In this document: positions 56,816-64,000 of the stretch, piece after piece
Layout: the number at the start of each line of letters is the position of its first letter
Numbering within the stretch: position 1 is the stretch's first letter
NCBI GenBank assembly: GCA_043770615.1
Contig: JAYVHY010000295.1
Location: 2,157-66,156 of the forward strand
Length of the DNA: 64,000 nt
DNA from: Armatimonadota bacterium
GTDB lineage: Bacteria > Armatimonadota > Fimbriimonadia > Fimbriimonadales > Fimbriimonadaceae
Direction: 5' to 3'
Translations under genes and position numbers: made by a program
The notes under the pieces: model-generated
What the model was told of the DNA's origin: nothing
The model's database searches: none
What the model saw: the letters and a program-made list of their open reading frames with translations, nothing else

Positions 56816-57457
56816 TTAAGGTCGGATTCCGTTTGAGTCGTACTCGGTGGTGATTCGGCTGCCTTGTTCTCTCACGATTCCTACCAAGTGTCCGATGACG
56901 GTTCCTTCGGCGGGGACGTCGGCGAATGCTTCGTTGACGCTGCTGAGGATGAATTGCTCGCCATCATGCTTGAGTTCTTTGACCGTCACTTGGTTATCTT
57001 TGGACCGGTGGAGAACGACGACGCCTAGCTTGGGTATGTTGGTTGATTGGAAGACCACGAGATCGCCGGGAAGGAGGAGGGGATGCATCGACAGTCCGAT
57101 AACCCGGGCAGAAAATCGGCCCTTTGCGTCACCCATTTCGGTGGGAACGTATTCAAATTCATCCGCATCGAACGGATCTGACCAATCTACCGGGGTCGAG
57201 GCTGCCACTTGTCCGATGTACGGTACCTGAATCTTTAGCTCGGGAGCCGGGATTGTGGGGCGGGTGACTTCGTCGCCGTTGGCAATAGCGCGAGCCCGGT
57301 CAAGGATTAGGGTTGGGGGTATTGCCTTGCCGTATTCCCAATTCATGTAAGTGGTGTCAGGCACATCGAGGAGCCGAGCAAATTGCTTGAGCGTGTAGCG
57401 GCTCGCAAGTCTCAAGGATTTGAGCAGATCTGCAGATGATTGGTTGACGTTTTTCAT
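56816..57457 (-). CDS. XRE-HTH + S24 peptidase (CI/LexA-like) repressor
   Basis: LKSLRL...FARLL...YMNWEYG HTH; GQVAAS, RVIGLSM (Ser) and VTVKEL (Lys). Confidence 0.88.
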   Translation of the reverse strand: MKNVNQSSADLLKSLRLASRYTLKQFARLLDVPDTTYMNWEYGKAIPPTLILDRARAIANGDEVTRPTIPAPELKIQVPYIGQVAASTPVDWSDPFDADEFEYVPTEMGDAKGRFSARVIGLSMHPLLLPGDLVVFQSTNIPKLGVVVLHRSKDNQVTVKELKHDGEQFILSSVNEAFADVPAEGTVIGHLVGIVREQGSRITTEYDSNGIRP

Positions 57458-57473
57458 GATTTTCTCAGGAAGG

Positions 57474-57510
57474 TTGTAATAATTACAAAATACATTGTAT
57501 ATTATAATTA
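57474..57510. promoter_or_regulatory. Candidate repressor operators in an AT-rich divergent promoter region
   Basis: Palindrome TTGTAAT-A-ATTACAA (57474-57488) and related TTGTATATTATAA (57495-57507). Confidence 0.55.
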
Positions 57511-57559
57511 TGCAGAAAAGAAGTAGACATAAGTCTAGTATATCTGAAAAAGGAGCCGC

Positions 57560-57802
57560 ATGGTGAAGCTTTGCTTTGGTGCAATCATCAATCGAGAGTA
57601 CGGCTCATACCTCGGGCTTGAAAAGCGAGGAGGTTGGGACTCGATTGAAGTTGTCAAGAACACTTCAGGTGTTCGTTGGTTTGAGTCATTTCAGGGCTGC
57701 AAATGCCTTGAGGATGATGGATGGCAGGCTATGGTTTTTGAGGTTGAACCGGTCAGTCCGATTAATTTTGTCATCTTTGACCTCCGCAAGAATTATGAGT
57801 AA
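57560..57802 (+). CDS. Small hypothetical protein (80 aa)
   Basis: Strong AAGGAG SD; stop overlaps the next ATG (ATGAGTAA). Confidence 0.6.
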   Translation: MVKLCFGAIINREYGSYLGLEKRGGWDSIEVVKNTSGVRWFESFQGCKCLEDDGWQAMVFEVEPVSPINFVIFDLRKNYE

Positions 57803-58319
57803 ACGAAAACCATTTACCGCTTATCAGGTCCTCCATGCGTGGCTTGAAATACAAATTGGACAATGCCGTTCTGTTCGACCTAAGGGTTATGAGATGCCGG
57901 GCGACACCAAATCGACATGGGGAAATACCAAGGCTCGAGCTGCGGCGCTTGTTGAGTCCATGCCCTTATATGATCTTTGCCGACGGCAGTTAATGGAGTG
58001 GTGTCAGGCGGGACTTGAAGACGTTGGGCTGGTGGCAGAGTTCATGGCTGGGCTGGAGGCGCATCTTCAAGACTATCCGTTCTATCCGTCTTCATTGGCG
58101 GATGTTGAGGATGGAGCCGGGACCCTCGTTGTGTTTCGGGACGTGGCATCGGTGGCTAAGGAACTCGGAATCTCGGAAAGTTATCTTCGAAAGCGGCTTT
58201 GTACGATGCCGACAAGTTTGCCGTTTGGAACGTTTAATGACCGGCGCACTTGGATGATCCATCCGCTGGATGTACCGGTTCTGCGAGAGCATTTTGACGG
58301 GGTTAAGAGAGCGTCGTGA
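57795..58319 (+). CDS. Hypothetical protein with a C-terminal excisionase-like HTH
   Basis: Start set at ATG 57795; VASVAKELGISESYLRKR...RTWMIHP. Confidence 0.65.
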   Translation: MSKRKPFTAYQVLHAWLEIQIGQCRSVRPKGYEMPGDTKSTWGNTKARAAALVESMPLYDLCRRQLMEWCQAGLEDVGLVAEFMAGLEAHLQDYPFYPSSLADVEDGAGTLVVFRDVASVAKELGISESYLRKRLCTMPTSLPFGTFNDRRTWMIHPLDVPVLREHFDGVKRAS

Positions 58320-58353
58320 GCCAAGTGCCGAATTGATGATAACATGATTCAAG

Positions 58354-59331
58354 ATGATAACTGCCTTGGCTTTGGGACTTGCGATTCGGTCTGACGTGCT
58401 TCATTTCCCGGCTGGGAAAGGGGCGGGACAAAGTAAGCACGTCGTGTTGCTTGCTGGTGACGAGGAATACCGATCGGAGGAGATGTTGCCCCAGTTGGCA
58501 AAAATTCTTTCGGTTCGATATGGCTTCGAATGTACGGTGGTGTTTTCGCAAAACGAACGAGGCGAGATTGATCCAGAAAATCAGACCAACCAGCCAGGTC
58601 TTGCTGCCCTAGATAAAGCTGACCTTTGCATCATGATGCTTCGGTTTCGGCATTGGGATAATGTTTCGATGAAGCACTTTGTTAACTACTATTTGTCGGG
58701 CAATCCGATTGTTGCGATTCGGACGAGCACGCACGCCTTTGCTTACTCGCCGGATTCGATAAGTCCGTATAAGGATTACAGTTGGAACTCAATATCTTGG
58801 AGCGGCGGGTTTGGAAAACAAGTATTGGGTGAAACATGGGTCAGCCACTGGGGGAATCATGGTTCTCAGGCGACCCGGGGACACGTCGTTTCTCGTCATA
58901 CGGTCTTGCGAGGCGTTTCGGATTTGTTTGGTACGACCGATGTTTACGAGGCGGCTCCACCGGCTGATGCTGAGATTCTTGTCCGCGGGGAAGTCGTTTC
59001 CGGCATGGACCCAGCCGACGAACCAGCCACCGGCATGAAACGGACGGCGCGGGGAGTTGAGCAGTTTCTCAATCGGCCGATGATGCCGATTGTTTGGATT
59101 CGGGAGCCAAGGAACTCGGCAAACCGGACCAATCGGATTCTGACTACCACGATGGGGGCCGCAACCGACTTCCTCAATCCTGGTTTTCGACGTCTGCTGG
59201 TTAACAGTGTCTTTTGGGCGACTGATTTAGATATTGCCAGAGTTGCCAACTTGGAATTGGTTGGAAAGTACGATCCGAGCAAATTTGGATTTGGAGGATA
59301 TCGCAAAGGGGTCAAGCCTTCAGATCTCTGA
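58354..59331 (+). CDS. ThuA-like (class I GATase-fold) domain protein
   Basis: VVLLAGDEEYRSEE, RTSTHAF, TTMGAATDF...RRLLVNSVFWA. Confidence 0.8.
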   Translation: MITALALGLAIRSDVLHFPAGKGAGQSKHVVLLAGDEEYRSEEMLPQLAKILSVRYGFECTVVFSQNERGEIDPENQTNQPGLAALDKADLCIMMLRFRHWDNVSMKHFVNYYLSGNPIVAIRTSTHAFAYSPDSISPYKDYSWNSISWSGGFGKQVLGETWVSHWGNHGSQATRGHVVSRHTVLRGVSDLFGTTDVYEAAPPADAEILVRGEVVSGMDPADEPATGMKRTARGVEQFLNRPMMPIVWIREPRNSANRTNRILTTTMGAATDFLNPGFRRLLVNSVFWATDLDIARVANLELVGKYDPSKFGFGGYRKGVKPSDL

Positions 59332-59426
59332 TAATTGATTGCTCGGAAGAAATTTGAAGAATGAAAGTCGCCGAATGGTGGCATTCTTAGGCACCAAGAA
59401 GAGCAAACGAGCCGTCACTAAAACTA

Positions 59427-60704
59427 GTGGAACCCGAAATAGATCCTAAACCGAAACGGGGGCTCCTGAAGGTCCTTGGTCCGGGGCTGATTACGGGTGC
59501 ATCAGATGATGACCCAAGTGGCATTGCGACTTACTCGCAGGCCGGAGCGCAATTCGGTTTTGGGATGCTGTGGATTATGCCTTTCGCCTATCCTTTAATG
59601 GCAGGAATCCAAGAGACTTGTGCTGATATTGGTCGGGTAACTGGACACGGGATTGCGGGAAACCTCCGTCGGTACTATCCTCGCTGGCTTTTGTTAAGCA
59701 TGGTATTCATGCTCGCAACCGCGAACACGATAAATTTGGGGGCCGATATTGGTGCGATGGGCGATGCGGTTACCCTTCTGGTCGGCGGACCAAGGCTCTT
59801 GTGGGCAGCGATCATTGCAGTTGGGTCGTTGTTACTTCAAGTTTTCGTACCCTATCACAAATACGTTGCCTTTCTGAAATGGACGACTATTTCCCTATTC
59901 TCTTATGTTGCGACCGCTTTTGCGGTGCATATCGATTGGGGCGAAGTTCTTCATCGAACGGTTGTGCCGAATCTCACGCTCAACTCAGCTTCAATTACTC
60001 TCATTGTGGCAGTGCTTGGTACGACAATCAGTCCGTACTTGTTTTTCTGGCAAGCATCGGAAGAAGTGGAAGATGTTCACTTAAACAAATCGGAGAAAGT
60101 CCTGAAATCCCATAAAGAGCAGGCCCCCTTCCAATTGAAACGGATCACGCGAGACACCTACACCGGCATGGCATTTGCAAACCTCGTGGCATTCTTTATT
60201 ATCGTGGCGGTTGCTTCCACCCTTCACGCCCAAGGAATCACGGACATTCAATCTTCTGCACAAGCGGCTCAGGCTCTACGCCCGGTAGCCGGAGACCTAA
60301 CCTTCTTACTGTTTACGGTTGGCATTCTCGGGACGGGTTTGTTAGCGATTCCAGTTCTTGCTGGCTCGGCGGCCTATGCGGTGGGCGAAGCACTTCATTG
60401 GCCATGTAGCTTGGAGCGAGAGGCGAAACATGCTAAGGGGTTTTATGCAGTTCTGAGCGCGGCGATATTAATCGGGCTCGCACTCAACCTGTTTCATATC
60501 AATCCGATGAAGGCGCTGTTTTGGACGGCAGTCATTAACGGAGTGCTATCTGGTCCGATCATGATCATGGTTATGTTGATGGCGACCAGCAAACGGGTCA
60601 TGGGTGATCTGACTATCAGCCGAAGACCACGTATTTTGGGTTGGGCGGCTACGGTGGTGATGATATTCGCGGCGATCACGATGTTTGTCTTTTGGGGCAA
60701 ATAG
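59427..60704 (+). CDS. NRAMP/MntH-related divalent metal cation transporter
   Basis: LGPGLITGASDDDPSGIATYSQAGA, GTTISPYLFFWQ; about 11 TM segments. Confidence 0.9.
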   Translation: MEPEIDPKPKRGLLKVLGPGLITGASDDDPSGIATYSQAGAQFGFGMLWIMPFAYPLMAGIQETCADIGRVTGHGIAGNLRRYYPRWLLLSMVFMLATANTINLGADIGAMGDAVTLLVGGPRLLWAAIIAVGSLLLQVFVPYHKYVAFLKWTTISLFSYVATAFAVHIDWGEVLHRTVVPNLTLNSASITLIVAVLGTTISPYLFFWQASEEVEDVHLNKSEKVLKSHKEQAPFQLKRITRDTYTGMAFANLVAFFIIVAVASTLHAQGITDIQSSAQAAQALRPVAGDLTFLLFTVGILGTGLLAIPVLAGSAAYAVGEALHWPCSLEREAKHAKGFYAVLSAAILIGLALNLFHINPMKALFWTAVINGVLSGPIMIMVMLMATSKRVMGDLTISRRPRILGWAATVVMIFAAITMFVFWGK

Positions 60705-60786
60705 GTTTTTGTTGGGTCAAGTAGGTTCAGAGTCCATTCCCGGGTCTTGTCACGCACTTGTCACGCTCGTCGTTTACACTTCATCC

Positions 60787-63042
60787 ATGAATACGTCCAC
60801 TCGTAGAGACTTCCTCGTCACTGCTGGATCGCTGACACTGGGATCAGCGGCTCTATCGATGATTGGTTGCGGAGGCTTATTCGCTGGTGCCGATGGTGGC
60901 GGGGCAGGTGGATCGTTAACAAAGCGCCAATTCAATGGGGAGTTGAATCTACCTGCTGGAACCGATCTAACCAAACTCAAAGTAACTGGTCCGCTTGGGA
61001 TCACGCCACTTGTTGGAAACAAGTTTAGCGTGACTGGTTTTGAGCAGTTCCCGGTGATGGTTACGGTTATAGAGCCAGTAACGGGAAAGACGATCTTGCT
61101 CGGAGTATTGGATCCCGATTCATCCGTTCATGTCCTCGATGCCTCCAACTGCGCCGCAACCCTTCTTTTCGTGGCTCTTGGCGGATCTCAGCTTTTCGGG
61201 GCTGAGCGGCAAGCTTTTTGGACTGACGTCCAAGCCCTTGGTGCCTTACCTGCCTTGGTAACCGTTGTAAACGACCGCATCACTGCAGATCTATATGCCC
61301 TCGAGAACCAAGATGCACAAATCATTGCCGCCCTTGACACCGCTGCCCATGCGGGCAGCCCTCCACTTGCCGTTCACCAAGCCAAACAGAATCAATCAAA
61401 GGCAATTTCTAAGGGGAGAGAACCCAGCGACTTAAGCATTGTCTTGGTGAAGCCAGGTCCTGGTGGAGCACTAAATGGCATCTCGGTTACTAACGCAAAC
61501 CATCAGGGAGTCAAACTTTATTGCCACCGTCGAAGGGAAACTCATATTCACATGTATGTCAGCTCGGGCCTTAATGCCGCGGGACAAATTCATGCATCGG
61601 TAGAAAACGATGTCATTCCTCCGTTTCGGTTACCTTCTCGTACAGACTCAGATCTGATTACGGTTGGATTGTACCAAGACGATGTAGGTACCGCCTACGA
61701 CGTCATGTGTCTCACGCCACTCTTTGATTCGTATCCTGCACACATCTTCGACGACGGAGTCTACGAAGGTGAAAAAGCCGTTTGGCGAGCAGATCTAGCC
61801 AAAATGTACAAGCGAGCCGAAGTCGGTCTAGTGTGCAAAATTTTGCTCGAGGCGGTTGGTATGTCAGGTGTAAGTCTCGACTCAGGCATTCTCGATTCAG
61901 TTGCCAGCAATTTGACAGGTCTTGGTGGCAATGTAGCCTCACTTGTGCTTGCGGCGGCAGACGGAACTGACCTATCAGGAGGGGTTAAGAGTTTCGCTCA
62001 AGAGGCAAGGTCAAGCGATACGGTTGCCCTTGATTTCCTACAGGCCATCGCACCGTTGGTTCAGTCCTCCAACCCAGTCCTTTATTACGATTTATCTCGC
62101 CGAAACTATGGTTCCGAGCAATTGATTGCCTTCCGAGCCGCTCTGCGATTGATCGCCTATACTGGCGCAATGAATCTATCTCTCGAGCTTGGCCCGGAAT
62201 ACAAAGACCTTACTGGAGGCGAAAACTCCGACGGATCGCCCGAAGTAAACGGAGGTCGCTGCATATTCAATATCTTCAAACGAGATGTTCGAATGACTCC
62301 AAATGGAGGGGAATATTCGCCGGGTACCAACATTCCCTTCACGATTACAGTCGATGGCCATGAAGGTCCATTTACCTACGATTGGCGCCTGAGCACGGTT
62401 TCGGCGGCAACTCTGGATGATGGTCACGGAAAAGTTGGATTTGAGTTTAGAACCGATCAAAAAACCGTGACCCTAAAGACAAATGCCGGATCCGTGGGTG
62501 ACGCCTATGTCAGTGCCGAGGTTTTCAGTGGACCACCAGAGGCTCTTGTGTCGATTGGCGTGGTGCAAACTGTTCTGGTTAGAAGGGGAACGACTGGGCT
62601 TTTTGTTGACGTCTTTGAAACCGCAAACTCTACGTGGGTCATCGGGATGGCGGTTTTTGAAAAGCCTAAGACCCCTGAAGGCGGAAACCATTATAAAGGT
62701 GGACGAATTATCGTGGATGTTGTCTATGACGACTTATCTAACCCAGGAAACAGTGGATCTTCTCACTACGAATTTACGTTTCCGCCCTTTACCGGACTCC
62801 CCGGCGACTCCGTAGCTCCACCGCATTTTGCCGGAACAAAGATACAACCATCGGCTGGTGGTATTGGCACGGGGCAATCCGGAATTGACGCATACGAGTT
62901 AGGTAACCGCATCGTTCTGATCAGAACAAAAGGACAATACTTCCCGAGTAGCTCACAATCGGACATTGATTTTGTAATCAATACGGTTAATAAAACCGTC
63001 GCAGACTCCAGAGTTTCGGTGGTATTCGTTCCATCTAGCTAA
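60787..63042 (+). CDS. Large hypothetical Tat-exported lipoprotein
   Basis: MNTSTRRDFLV twin-Arg motif, h-region and MIG-C lipobox, Gly-rich tether; start 6 nt after TACACT; C-terminal Ig-like region (GPFTYDW). Confidence 0.8.
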   Translation: MNTSTRRDFLVTAGSLTLGSAALSMIGCGGLFAGADGGGAGGSLTKRQFNGELNLPAGTDLTKLKVTGPLGITPLVGNKFSVTGFEQFPVMVTVIEPVTGKTILLGVLDPDSSVHVLDASNCAATLLFVALGGSQLFGAERQAFWTDVQALGALPALVTVVNDRITADLYALENQDAQIIAALDTAAHAGSPPLAVHQAKQNQSKAISKGREPSDLSIVLVKPGPGGALNGISVTNANHQGVKLYCHRRRETHIHMYVSSGLNAAGQIHASVENDVIPPFRLPSRTDSDLITVGLYQDDVGTAYDVMCLTPLFDSYPAHIFDDGVYEGEKAVWRADLAKMYKRAEVGLVCKILLEAVGMSGVSLDSGILDSVASNLTGLGGNVASLVLAAADGTDLSGGVKSFAQEARSSDTVALDFLQAIAPLVQSSNPVLYYDLSRRNYGSEQLIAFRAALRLIAYTGAMNLSLELGPEYKDLTGGENSDGSPEVNGGRCIFNIFKRDVRMTPNGGEYSPGTNIPFTITVDGHEGPFTYDWRLSTVSAATLDDGHGKVGFEFRTDQKTVTLKTNAGSVGDAYVSAEVFSGPPEALVSIGVVQTVLVRRGTTGLFVDVFETANSTWVIGMAVFEKPKTPEGGNHYKGGRIIVDVVYDDLSNPGNSGSSHYEFTFPPFTGLPGDSVAPPHFAGTKIQPSAGGIGTGQSGIDAYELGNRIVLIRTKGQYFPSSSQSDIDFVINTVNKTVADSRVSVVFVPSS

Positions 63043-63157
63043 ACAAAGTTGGACTTCATGTTGCTCTTGTCATGGGTTTGGCAAGAGCCGCTCCAAGTAT
63101 GAAAGTTATCCTGCCGACTGTATAATCAAGCAGCAACCGTATTGGTGTTGAAACTGC

Positions 63158-64000
63158 ATGAATATCGCATATCTCCTCGCCGTCGTTCTTCCCGTTCATG
63201 TGAGTTCTGGCGCACCGGTTCCTGTGATCCAAGGTCCGGCACAAATTGCCGCAACTTCTGCGGCACAAAAAGAGCAAGCCTGGCAATTGCACCTCGAAAT
63301 GCAGGCGAGCTCACCGTACAAGGATTTACCGTGGCGGGCTATGGGACCTCGTCTGCAGGGTAGCCGAATCTCGTGTTTTTCAAAACCAAATGGCAACTCA
63401 CCTATCGTTTATGTTGGAGTAGGGCTTGGAGGACTCTGGAAATCCGTTAACAATGGCACAACTTGGACCCCAATTTTTGATGGTCAAGCGACCCAATCGA
63501 TCGGTGATGTAGCCGTGGCTCCTTCGAATCCGAATATTGTTTGGCTGGGTACCGGAGAGTCACTGATGTCGGGAAACTCGACTCCTGGTGCCGGCATGTA
63601 CCGATCAACTGATGCAGGCAAGACTTGGAATTTCCTCGGACTGCGCGATACCCACCACATTGGGAGAGTCATTGTCGATCCAAAAAATGCTGATATTGCG
63701 TACGTGGCTGCGGTTGGTCATAACTACACGTCCAATACCGAAAGGGGACTCTTCAAAACTACAAATGGCGGAAAGACGTGGGTTCACAGCCTCACCATTG
63801 ATGACAAAACCGGAGTCATTGACCTGGTGATGGACCCCAAAGACAGCCGCACGCTCTATGCCACCGCATGGAGACGAGAACGTGGCGGCCCCCGAAGTCT
63901 GCGTGGGAAAGAGAGCGGGATTTACAAAACGACCAATGCGGGCAAGACTTGGATCAAACTTGGGGGCGGATTCCCGAACAACGAGAACGTTGGGCGAATC
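63158..64000 (+). CDS. VPS10/BNR-repeat secreted protein, N-terminal part (runs off the window end)
   Basis: Translated by hand from ATG 63158: WRAMGPRLQGSRI, GGLWKSVNNGTTWTPIFD, SIGDVAVAPSNPNIVWLGTGE, STDAGKTW; absent from the ORF track, consistent with no stop inside the window. Confidence 0.88.
   Translation, partial: MNIAYLLAVVLPVHVSSGAPVPVIQGPAQIAATSAAQKEQAWQLHLEMQASSPYKDLPWRAMGPRLQGSRISCFSKPNGNSPIVYVGVGLGGLWKSVNNGTTWTPIFDGQATQSIGDVAVAPSNPNIVWLGTGESLMSGNSTPGAGMYRSTDAGKTWNFLGLRDTHHIGRVIVDPKNADIAYVAAVGHNYTSNTERGLFKTTNGGKTWVHSLTIDDKTGVIDLVMDPKDSRTLYATAWRRERGGPRSLRGKESGIYKTTNAGKTWIKLGGGFPNNENVGRI

Noticed and set aside
57576-57794. N-terminal extension of the 247-aa track ORF
   Set aside because: Overlaps the SD-led 80-aa ORF; the ATGAGTAA coupling supports a start at 57795.
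59332-59426. yybP-ykoY Mn riboswitch upstream of the NRAMP gene
   Set aside because: Only a weak aagaatg...cattctt hairpin; no GGGGAGUAG-type core seen.
63142-63363. Apparent premature TAG suggesting a pseudogene or readthrough
   Set aside because: That ORF is in a different frame; the real frame from 63158 reads through this point (LQGSRIS).

Overview
Chromosomal window of a bacterium of roughly 50% GC (by eye). Gene content and protein N-termini suggest Armatimonadota/Fimbriimonadia, which is an inference. No rRNA, tRNA, CRISPR array or integrase/transposase was seen. Contents in order: (1) a type IV filament/T2SS-like operon (GAF/HD-GYP, PilMNOP-like, secretin, PilB, PilC, GspG-like pilin) with two sigma28-like promoter motifs; (2) secreted hydrolases (two VPS10/BNR proteins, M14 peptidase, GH106, GH78, sulfatase, metallophosphoesterase, aspartyl protease, serine hydrolase); (3) a translationally coupled pair of giant uncharacterised proteins (1583 aa with a Tat-like signal, 1394 aa with no signal) followed by an AraC gene, the best candidate for an undescribed system; (4) a cupin-metY-CoA-binding operon resembling the methanethiol-recapture end of the MTA-isoprenoid shunt; (5) a CarH/LitR B12 photoreceptor with two visible 3x11-bp operator arrays, divergent from a fasciclin gene; (6) fhs, TetR/ArsR cassettes, a CI/LexA-like divergent module, an NRAMP transporter and a Tat lipoprotein. 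Window-wide patterns are -10 boxes 6-8 nt before start codons (leaderless-like), very short signal peptides without a charged n-region, and intergenic clusters of REP-like palindromes. All family calls are from motif recognition, not database searches.
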